From an uncultured Gammaproteobacteria bacterium (lineage in GTDB: Bacteria; Pseudomonadota; Gammaproteobacteria; Pseudomonadales; UBA5518): a stretch of 64,000 nt of DNA. Numbering within the stretch: the first letter of the stretch is position 1; the number at the start of each line of letters is the position of its first letter. Under the pieces are notes generated by a model. That model saw only the letters and a list, made by a program, of their open reading frames with translations. It was not told the DNA's origin and did no database searches. The stretch covers positions 2,980 through 66,979 of the forward strand of contig CAIYPF010000143.1 in NCBI GenBank assembly GCA_903928015.1, read 5' to 3'. The translations under genes were made by a program, and so were the position numbers. Shown here piece by piece: positions 45,102 through 53,017 of this stretch.

Positions 45102-45509
45102 GGGATTCTCCTTGCCCTGTACTGGTAAACCGCTCCTGCGGTGGCGTTCTTATGGCAATCCGCAATCAGTGTTCAGATGCCTGCTAGCGGCGACCCTAGC
45201 ATCCCGTATGCGCAGATACAGTACCCCCAAGGGCAGATCGGCATCCTTTTCGGAGGGATTTTTCCACGCACCACGCCGCAGTGGGACTTCAATGAAACCC
45301 GCTTTTTTACGTGGCTTTTCGAGGTGTTCCGACGAAGCGGACGGTTTCAATCGTGCGGACTGATCGAAGTGTCTTAAGTGCTGTTCACTTTGACAGCTTT
45401 TGCCCACGAGCCTGCGCAATCTGGCAATTACCCGCACTCCAGGCAAGGCTTGAGGGGTGAGCGATGAGCCAGGGCGCCGAACGCCGGCGCGGTCTGCCTG
45501 CAGTTGCCA

Positions 45510-47213
45510 TCAGATCCGCGATGCGGTGCAGGCGTGGTTCGCCGCCACGAAGCCAAAGGTCATCGACGGGCCCAGGGTCGCACCTGCTCCGGGGTAATAC
45601 CGACCCATCGCCGAGGCCGAGCAGTTGCCGATCGCATAGAGCCCCGGAATCACCTTGCCGTCGGTATCGAGTGCGCAAGCATCGGCATTCGTGAGGATCC
45701 CGCCCTTTGTTCCGATATCCCCGGGATGTACCTGCACCGCGTAGAACGGCGCTTCGGCGATGCTCGCCAGACACGGATTCGGGCCCAAGCGCACATCGCC
45801 GTACATCAGGTCGTAGCTGTTCTCGCCGCGGTGGAAGTCTTCGTCCGTGCCGCTCTGCGCAAAACCGTTGAAGCGCGCCACCGTGGCCGACAGCGCTTGC
45901 GCATCCAGACCGAGCTTTGCGGCCAGGGCCTGCAAGGTAGGCGCGCTCTGCAGGAACTGCTTGCGCACGCGAGCGGGTTGCAGCCAATCGAGGTGCATGC
46001 CGCCTGGCAGCAGGGGCCCGAAGGGATAGTTGCGCCGGTAGCGTGCGTCGAAGATCGCCCAGGCAGGAAGGTTGGGCGTGCCGCCATCATCTGCCGTGTA
46101 CATCGCCTGCACCGCCGTGGTGTAAGCCACGGACTCGTTGAAGAACCTGCGCGCCGCACGGTTCACCATGATGCAGCCCGGCATGGAGCGCTCGGTGAAG
46201 AGCATGCGTGCGCGGTCTTCGCCCTCCATCACGATGGTCGGCCCCCACCAGGCCTCGTCCATCAGGTGCAGCGCGGCGCCGATGCGCTCGGCGGCGAGGT
46301 GCAGATCGCCCGTGTTGGTGGGGCTGGCAGCAGACCAGGTGCTCTGCGTGGGTGCCGGCAAAAAGCGCTCGCGCATCGCCTGGCTGTGCTCGAAGCCTCC
46401 GGTGCCGACGATCACACCCTTGCGGGCCATGAGGCGGAACTGCTGCCCGCCGTTCTCGGCCACCACGCCGGTCACGCGCTCTCCCTCCCGGATCAGTTCA
46501 CGCACGGGAGTGGACAGGCGCAAGGGAACTCCGCGATCGAGCAATGAGCGACGCAGCCGGGCCATCAGCGCATTGCCCATGGTGAGCCGGCGCGAGCGTT
46601 TGGAGCGCAGGCGCCAGCCGATGTCGCTCGCATATTCCAGCGCGAGCTTGGCAACCACCTTCAACCAACCCGGCGCCTTGCTGAGCAGCACCGCTCCCTC
46701 GAGGTTGGTGTAGCCCATCAGCCCCATCACCGTGGTCTGCACGTGCGAGGGCTGCATATCAAGGAACACATCGCCAAGAGCCCGTGCGTCATAGGCCAAC
46801 GGGTCGATGGATCGCCCGCCGGGGCGAGCGCCCGGGAGTTCCTGATAGTAGTCCGCGTAGTGGAGCATCGCCTCGTAGCGCACGTGGCTGTTTTCTTCGA
46901 GGAAACGCAGCATGCGCGGCCCCTGATCCACGAAGGCTTCCACCACGGCGGGGTCAACATCGCCGTCGGTGAGGGCGCGCAGGTAACGGAGCGCATCCTC
47001 GCGGTTGTCCTCGACACCCCCTGCAAGCATCAGGTGGTTAAGCGGAATCCACAGGCCTCCGCCGGAACTTGCCGATGTGCCGCCAAAGCGGGCGGCTTTC
47101 TCGAGGACGACCACGCTGTCGCCGTTTGCGGCTGCGGTGAGCGCAGCGGTGAGGGCGCCGGCACCGGAGCCCACAACGATGATGTCGACGGTCTCGGAGA
47201 TGGCGTCAGACAT
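45510..47213 (-). CDS. FAD-dependent 3-oxosteroid 1-dehydrogenase (KstD)-like flavoprotein
   Basis: ATG 47213 (MSDAISETVDIIVVGSGAGALTAALTAAANGDSVVVLEKAARFGGTSASSGGGLWIP), which is the characteristic KstD-family N-terminus. Confidence 0.8.
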   Translation of the reverse strand: MSDAISETVDIIVVGSGAGALTAALTAAANGDSVVVLEKAARFGGTSASSGGGLWIPLNHLMLAGGVEDNREDALRYLRALTDGDVDPAVVEAFVDQGPRMLRFLEENSHVRYEAMLHYADYYQELPGARPGGRSIDPLAYDARALGDVFLDMQPSHVQTTVMGLMGYTNLEGAVLLSKAPGWLKVVAKLALEYASDIGWRLRSKRSRRLTMGNALMARLRRSLLDRGVPLRLSTPVRELIREGERVTGVVAENGGQQFRLMARKGVIVGTGGFEHSQAMRERFLPAPTQSTWSAASPTNTGDLHLAAERIGAALHLMDEAWWGPTIVMEGEDRARMLFTERSMPGCIMVNRAARRFFNESVAYTTAVQAMYTADDGGTPNLPAWAIFDARYRRNYPFGPLLPGGMHLDWLQPARVRKQFLQSAPTLQALAAKLGLDAQALSATVARFNGFAQSGTDEDFHRGENSYDLMYGDVRLGPNPCLASIAEAPFYAVQVHPGDIGTKGGILTNADACALDTDGKVIPGLYAIGNCSASAMGRYYPGAGATLGPSMTFGFVAANHACTASRI

Positions 47214-47360
47214 GGGATACCCCGGAAAAGCGGTGAGGAACACGCGGGAAAGCCGCGACGCCGGTACGGTAGAGAACGGCAAAACAATTTACAAGGATGG
47301 ATTTTCTGGCCTATAAGCGCCCTGCCGTGCCGCGTGGGCCCGGCACCACGGAGACACGCC

Positions 47361-48821
47361 ATGCCCCGCATCGTCCCACTCGACACCCTGAGCGGCTTCG
47401 AACTCGAAACCGATGTGCTGGTCTGCGGCTTCGGCGGAGCCGGCGCCTGCGCAACGCTGGAGGCACGTGCGACCGGAGCAGAGGTGATACTGCTCGAGCG
47501 CGCGAGCGGCGGCGGTGGATCCACCGCCCTCTCTGCCTGCGAAATGTACCTGGGCGGAAGCGGTGGCACCCGTCTGCAGCGTGAACTGGGCATCGAGGAC
47601 AGCAGCGAGAATTTTCGCGCGTATCTGGACGAATGCTTCGGCGCCCACGCGGACCCTGCACGCGTCGACACCTTTGTGGCCGGCGCGGCGGCACACTTCG
47701 ACTGGATGGAATCCCTGGGCGTGCGCTACAAACGCGAGCTGTACCCGGAGCGCGAGGTGGTCTGCCTTACCGGCGCCTCCCTGCAGTACACGGGCAACGA
47801 GCGCGCGCACCCCTTCAGCGCCATATCCACACCCGTGCCGCGCGGCCATCTTCCGGCAGATGCCGGCCACGACGGCGGCAAGGTGCTGATGGGCGTGGTG
47901 ATGCAGCGCGTGGCCGAATCGGGCGCGGACATCCGCACCGACAGCCGTGCGGTTGCGCTGGTGCAGGATCGCGACGGGCGGGTGCACGGCGCGATCGTCC
48001 GGCAGGCCGGGCGGGAATTCGCCATCCGCGCGCGACGCGGCGTGGTGCTGGCAACCGGTGGTTTCATCATGAACGAGGAAATGACGCGCCGGCATATCCC
48101 GGACATCGCGGAGCTGTGCACGCGCCACGGCAATCCCGGGGATCAGGGCGACGGCATCCTGATGGGCGTCTCTGCCGGAGGCAACGCCATTCACATGGGG
48201 CAGGCCTTCATCAGCGTGGCGCACTACCCGCCCGCACGGAACACCTTCGGCATCTTCGTGAACGAGCAGGGTCAGCGTTTCGTGAACGAGGACGTCTACC
48301 TCGCCCGGATCGGACACTACGCATCCGTGCAAACGGGAATGCGTTTCTTCATGTTCACCGACGAACCGCATTTCGGCCGGCCCGACTACCACCAGAGCAC
48401 GGAGATCGTGGCCGTGGGCGAGACAGTGGAGGAAGTCGAGCGGGAGGCCGGACTGCCGGAAGGCTCGCTGCAGCACACGGTGGCCTATTACAACGCGCAT
48501 GCCGGGAATGGCGCAGATCCGCTGTTCCACAAGGCGGCCGAGTGGCTCGCGCCCCTGCACACGCCTCCGTTCGCGCTGATCGAGTATTCCCTGCCCATAC
48601 TGAAACCCCACTGCTTCACGCTGGGGGGTCTCGATACCCTGCCGACCGGCGAGGTGCTGACGCCCGAACGCAACGTGATTCCCGGCCTCTATGCCGCAGG
48701 CCGGAACGCGGCAGGCATACCGCGCACGGGCAAGGGCTACGCGAGCGGCATGTCGGTGGCCGATGCCACGTTCTTCGGGCGGCTTGCGGGTCGCAGCGCT
48801 GCCGGCAACACGCCGGCCTGA
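47361..48821 (+). CDS. FAD-binding dehydrogenase, fumarate-reductase/KstD-like family (paralogue of 2323-3816)
   Basis: ATG 47361 with GGAGA upstream. Motifs DVLVCGFGGAGACATLEA, GGFIMNEEM and the C-terminal DATFFGRLAGRSAAG, which is near-identical to the tail of the 2323-3816 product. Confidence 0.8.
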   Translation: MPRIVPLDTLSGFELETDVLVCGFGGAGACATLEARATGAEVILLERASGGGGSTALSACEMYLGGSGGTRLQRELGIEDSSENFRAYLDECFGAHADPARVDTFVAGAAAHFDWMESLGVRYKRELYPEREVVCLTGASLQYTGNERAHPFSAISTPVPRGHLPADAGHDGGKVLMGVVMQRVAESGADIRTDSRAVALVQDRDGRVHGAIVRQAGREFAIRARRGVVLATGGFIMNEEMTRRHIPDIAELCTRHGNPGDQGDGILMGVSAGGNAIHMGQAFISVAHYPPARNTFGIFVNEQGQRFVNEDVYLARIGHYASVQTGMRFFMFTDEPHFGRPDYHQSTEIVAVGETVEEVEREAGLPEGSLQHTVAYYNAHAGNGADPLFHKAAEWLAPLHTPPFALIEYSLPILKPHCFTLGGLDTLPTGEVLTPERNVIPGLYAAGRNAAGIPRTGKGYASGMSVADATFFGRLAGRSAAGNTPA

Positions 48822-48853
48822 GCCGATAGGGACAGTCACAGGAGAAACAAGGC

Positions 48854-49702
48854 ATGCAGGATCTGGCTGGCAAGGTGGCGGTCATCACGGGTGGCGCGAG
48901 CGGCATCGGCTTTGCGCTGGCAACGGCTCTTTCCGGCGAAGGCATGCAGGTAGTGCTAGCCGATATAGAACACGCAGCGCTGGATGCAGCGGTGCAGGGA
49001 CTGCAGGCCGGCGGGGCAACGGTCAGCGGGCAGATCTGCGATGTATCGGACGCCGCGTCGGTGGAGGCCCTCGCCGAGGCGGTGTACGCACGGCACGGCG
49101 CAACGCATCTGCTCTGCAACAACGCGGGCGTCTTCACCGGCGGCCTGTGCTGGGAAGCGAGCGAGGCAGACTACCGCTGGGTGCTCGGCGTGAACCTCGG
49201 GGGTGTAGTGAACGGCATTCGCGCCTTCGTACCCCGCATGATCGCGGGCGGTGCGCAGGGGCATGTGCTGAACGTCGCGTCGATGGCCGGCCTGACGGCC
49301 ACGCCCTTCGCGGGTGTCTATCACACGAGCAAGCATGCGGTGGTGGGCCTCTCGGAGTGCCTGTTCCACGACCTCTCGCTGCAGGCACCGCAGATCGGCG
49401 TCTCGCTGATCTGCCCCGAAATGATACGCACGGGCATCGGCCACTCGGATCGCAACCGGCCCGCGAGCCTGAGCGCAACGGGGGATGTTCCGCAGACCGA
49501 TGCGCGTCACTTTGTGGAAGAGACGATCAAGCAGGCCGCACTGGCCGGGCTCGATCCCGCCGTGATCGCGCAACGCAGCGTGAAAGCCATCCGCGAGAAC
49601 CGCTTCTACGTGCTCGCGGAGGACAGCTGGATGGACCTCGCCCGCGGACGCATGGACGACATCCTCATGGGGCGCAACCCCGTGCTGCGGGCGCCGGGCT
49701 GA
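48854..49702 (+). CDS. Short-chain dehydrogenase/reductase (SDR)
   Basis: 282 aa. VAVITGGASGIGFAL, NNAGV and YHTSK motifs. Confidence 0.85.
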   Translation: MQDLAGKVAVITGGASGIGFALATALSGEGMQVVLADIEHAALDAAVQGLQAGGATVSGQICDVSDAASVEALAEAVYARHGATHLLCNNAGVFTGGLCWEASEADYRWVLGVNLGGVVNGIRAFVPRMIAGGAQGHVLNVASMAGLTATPFAGVYHTSKHAVVGLSECLFHDLSLQAPQIGVSLICPEMIRTGIGHSDRNRPASLSATGDVPQTDARHFVEETIKQAALAGLDPAVIAQRSVKAIRENRFYVLAEDSWMDLARGRMDDILMGRNPVLRAPG

Positions 49703-49795
49703 GGCTCCTTAACACACTGTCACGCGCGCCTCGTTGTAGCGCAGGAACACCGGGCCCTAGACTCCGGTGGCCGCCACTTCGCCCCGGACATATCC

Positions 49796-50974
49796 ATGAA
49801 CGCAGCACTCCCCTCAAACGGCCCCGCAATGGCGCGCGCACTGCGCGAAGTCTCGGTACGCACCGCAGGCGCCTCGGAACAGGCACGCAGCCTTGTGCCG
49901 GAAATGGTCGGCGCGCTGTGGAGCGGCGGACTCATGCAGTGGATGAACCCGCGCGAGGCAGGCGGCCAGGAGCCGTCCTTCCGCGAGATGATCGACACCT
50001 GGCAGGAGATGGCCTGGCAAGACGGCTCGGTCGGCTGGATCGGCATCGCCAACCTGCCCTCCGCCGCGTTCGCGGCCGCCTATCTGCCGGAGGCCGGGTT
50101 CGCCGAGGTCTTCGGTGCCAACGCCAACCGCGTCACGCTGGGCGGGCAATTCGCGCCCAACGGCCTCGGCAACCGGGTCGACGGAGGCTACCGCGTGAGC
50201 GGTGCCTGGAACTTCGGCAGCGGCACGGGGCACTCGGAGTACGTCGTGGCCGGGTTCATCCCCATGGTGGACGGACAGATGCAGATGGCCGAAAACGGCC
50301 TGCCGGAAATGCTGGTGGCCGTGTTCCCGCGCACGGACATCAATTTCACGGATGGCTGGCATGTGCAGGGCCTCAAGGGCACCGGCAGCTTCGACTACAA
50401 CCTGCAGGACGTGTTCGTCCCCGAGACCCGCGTATTCCCCCTGTTCACCCGGGAACCGCAGCGCGGCGAGGCCACGGCCTACCGCTTCGGCGTGATGCCG
50501 CTCACCGCAGCCGGCCACGCAGCCTGGGCGCTGGGACTCGCACGTGGCTGCCTCGATGATGTGCGCGAACTCGCCCAGAGCAAGATCCGCATGGGCGATA
50601 TGACGACCCTCGCGCACAAGCCCACTTTCCAGCGTGGTCTCGCGCATCACGAGGGTATGTGGCGGGCCGCCCGCTTGCTGGTGACGGATACTTTCGGTCG
50701 TCTGGAAGACGAGGTGTCAGCGGGCGCAGAGGTGACGCCGGCCATGCGCGCCGAGATGCGCGTGGCCGCAACCTACGCCACCGAGGCCTGCAGGGAAGTG
50801 GTGCAGTGGGCGCATCTGTCGGCAGGCACCACCGCCATCCGCGAGGGCAGCCGACTCGAGCGTGCCTTCCGCGACATGTACACCGGCACGCAGCACGCAT
50901 TCATCAGCGAGAAAACCTACCTCGATGCCGCGCAGGTGATGCTCGGCATCACTAGCGACAGCCCGGCTCTCTGA
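49796..50974 (+). CDS. Acyl-CoA-dehydrogenase-fold flavoprotein (HsaA / group-D flavin monooxygenase-like)
   Basis: 392 aa. The GWHVQGLKGTGSFDYNLQDVFVPE motif resembles ACAD-fold oxygenase components. Confidence 0.7.
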   Translation: MNAALPSNGPAMARALREVSVRTAGASEQARSLVPEMVGALWSGGLMQWMNPREAGGQEPSFREMIDTWQEMAWQDGSVGWIGIANLPSAAFAAAYLPEAGFAEVFGANANRVTLGGQFAPNGLGNRVDGGYRVSGAWNFGSGTGHSEYVVAGFIPMVDGQMQMAENGLPEMLVAVFPRTDINFTDGWHVQGLKGTGSFDYNLQDVFVPETRVFPLFTREPQRGEATAYRFGVMPLTAAGHAAWALGLARGCLDDVRELAQSKIRMGDMTTLAHKPTFQRGLAHHEGMWRAARLLVTDTFGRLEDEVSAGAEVTPAMRAEMRVAATYATEACREVVQWAHLSAGTTAIREGSRLERAFRDMYTGTQHAFISEKTYLDAAQVMLGITSDSPAL

Positions 50975-50998
50975 CGCACGGGGGCATTCCCGCCCCCG

Positions 50999-53017
50999 TC
51001 ACTCGGGCAGCGCGAAAGCCACAACAGCATCGCCCAGCATCGCGGGCAAGCGCTCCGGGCCCGCAGCGGCCCAGGCGAGCGGCCCGTGCCCTCCTGCCGC
51101 GATCGCCACGAACTGGCGTCCTCCCGGGCGGGCGCGGTACGTCACCGGAGTGGCTTGCGCCGGCGCTGGCAGTGCGTGGCGCCAGAGCTCATCGCCGTTG
51201 CTGACGTCGATGGCGCGAATGTACCCGTCCATCGTTGCCGCAATGAACGCGAGCCCACCCGCAGTCTGAATCGAGCCACCTGCGATGGGGCCTCCCCAGT
51301 TGAAGGCATCCCCCACACCGAGCGGCGCCAGATTGCGCAGCGTCCCGAGGGGTTTCTGCCAGCGCACCTGTCCGGTGACAAGGTCGATGGCGGTAAGCGT
51401 GGACCACGGCGGCGCCACGCAGGGCGTGTTCCAGGGCGAGAGCAACGCGCCGCGAATCACCACATAGGGCGTGCCTTCCTGGGGGTTCATCCCGACCTGA
51501 TCGGGCGCCGCACCGGGACCTCCGAGCGAACTGCGCGGCGCGAGACGCACGGTGTAGGCGGCGCGCATGGATCCCACCAGCATCAGGCCCGTTGCAGGGT
51601 TCACCGACACCGAGCCCCAGTTCATGCCGCCGCCAAGACCCGGATACTCCAGCGTGTCTTCGAAACCGGGGGGCGTGAACATCCCTTCGGTGTGCAGCTT
51701 CGCGAAGGCGTCCTTGCAGGCCTTGCGGTCCACCGGTGTGAGACCCCAGACATCGCTTTCCTTCAGTCCGTAAGGATGAAGCGGCGCAGGCAGCGTGGGA
51801 AAGGGCTGCGTGGGAGAGGTGCTTTCGCCGGGCACCCTGCTCCGGGGCACCGGGCGCTCTTCGACCGGGAACATGGGCTCGCCGGTCTCGCGATCGAGCA
51901 AAAAGATATGCCCGGTCTTGGTGGCTGCGACAACGCCGGCGCGGGAGCTGGCGCCTGCGTTCTGCTCGAATAACACGGGCTGCGCCGCGACGTCGTAGTC
52001 CCAGACGTCGTGATGCACGGTCTGGAAATGCCAGCGCGGCGTGCCGGTCGCCGCATCGAGCGCCACCACCGAGGTGCCGTAGAAATCCTTGCCCTGCCGC
52101 TCCGCACCGCCGTAGTGATCGGGTTGCGGGTTGCCGGTGGGCAGGAACACCAGACCACGCACGGGGTCGGCGGACATCTGTCCCCAAACGTTCGGCGTGC
52201 CGCGGGTGAAGTTCGCGCCGCTTGCAGCGGCCGCCGCATCGACGGGCGCGATCGTGGGCGGCACAGGGTCGAAGGCCCAGCGCAGGGCACCGCTGCGGAC
52301 ATCGAAAGCGCGCACCACACCGGGCGGGGCATCCACGCGCTGCCCGTCCTGCACGAAGGCGCCCGTGATCACGAGTTCACCCATGACGAGCGGCGCCGAG
52401 GTCACGTAGTACTCGCCCTTGCGCACATCGCCGAGGTTCTGCCGCAGGTCCACGGCGCCATCGCTGCCGAAGCCCTCGCAGCGTGCACCGCTGTCGGCAT
52501 CGAGTGCGATGAGGCGTGCGTCCAGCGTCCCGCTCAGGATGCGCTTGCGGCAGGCCGCACCGTCCTGCACCGGGTCTTGCCAATAGGCAACACCGCGGCA
52601 CACAGGCGTGTAGACCCCGCCAAGGTCGACCTTCGGATCGTGAACCCAGAGCTCGCGTCCGGTCTCGGCGTCGAGCGCCACCACGCGGTTGTAAGGTGTG
52701 CAGAGGAACATCCGCTCTCCCACCACCAGCGGTGTGGCCTGGAAGGCGGTGGGGCCGTGTTCGGCGGTGCCCGCGGAGACATCACCCGTGTGATAGGTCC
52801 ACACGGGCGCGAGAGCCTTCACGTTCGAAGGAGTGAGCTCCACCAGCGGCGAGAAATGGCTACCGCCCGCGTCACCGCCCCAGTTTTCCCAGCCCGCTGC
52901 GGGGCCGGTGCGGTCCGGTGGCGGCAACGGGTGGTCGCAACCGGCAAGCGCGAGCAGTGCGCACACGAGCGCCGCACGGACAGCGGGCTTTTTCAGTTCA
53001 GACCGTACACGCAGCAC
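50999..53017 (-). CDS. PQQ-dependent dehydrogenase (quinoprotein alcohol/sugar dehydrogenase family), lipoprotein
   Basis: GTG 53017 is preceded by GGAGGAGG. Lipoprotein signal MLRVRSELKKPAVRAALVCALLALAGC. GWENWGGDAGGSHFSPL...NVKALAPVWTYHTGD is typical of PQQ propellers. Confidence 0.8.
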   Translation of the reverse strand: MLRVRSELKKPAVRAALVCALLALAGCDHPLPPPDRTGPAAGWENWGGDAGGSHFSPLVELTPSNVKALAPVWTYHTGDVSAGTAEHGPTAFQATPLVVGERMFLCTPYNRVVALDAETGRELWVHDPKVDLGGVYTPVCRGVAYWQDPVQDGAACRKRILSGTLDARLIALDADSGARCEGFGSDGAVDLRQNLGDVRKGEYYVTSAPLVMGELVITGAFVQDGQRVDAPPGVVRAFDVRSGALRWAFDPVPPTIAPVDAAAAASGANFTRGTPNVWGQMSADPVRGLVFLPTGNPQPDHYGGAERQGKDFYGTSVVALDAATGTPRWHFQTVHHDVWDYDVAAQPVLFEQNAGASSRAGVVAATKTGHIFLLDRETGEPMFPVEERPVPRSRVPGESTSPTQPFPTLPAPLHPYGLKESDVWGLTPVDRKACKDAFAKLHTEGMFTPPGFEDTLEYPGLGGGMNWGSVSVNPATGLMLVGSMRAAYTVRLAPRSSLGGPGAAPDQVGMNPQEGTPYVVIRGALLSPWNTPCVAPPWSTLTAIDLVTGQVRWQKPLGTLRNLAPLGVGDAFNWGGPIAGGSIQTAGGLAFIAATMDGYIRAIDVSNGDELWRHALPAPAQATPVTYRARPGGRQFVAIAAGGHGPLAWAAAGPERLPAMLGDAVVAFALPE

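Noticed and set aside
42165-45128. 987-aa plus-strand ORF antisense to the 5' part of the giant gene.
   Set aside because: The translation is Arg/Ala/Gly/Val/His-rich low-complexity sequence with no motif. It mirrors the codon periodicity of the real minus-strand gene, which is a typical high-GC antisense artefact.
45141-45446. Small ORFs in the leader of the giant gene: 78 aa on the plus strand (45141-45377) and 98 aa on the minus strand (45150-45446). These were considered as possible immunity, chaperone or regulator genes.
   Set aside because: There is no ribosome-binding site, no hydrophobic or domain signature, and they overlap each other. I cannot support either as a gene without expression or conservation data.
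30837-45509. Calling the giant gene a mobile genomic island or prophage remnant.
   Set aside because: No integrase, transposase, tRNA/tmRNA gene, phage structural gene or flanking direct repeats were seen. Only the compositional hints are reported, as a finding.
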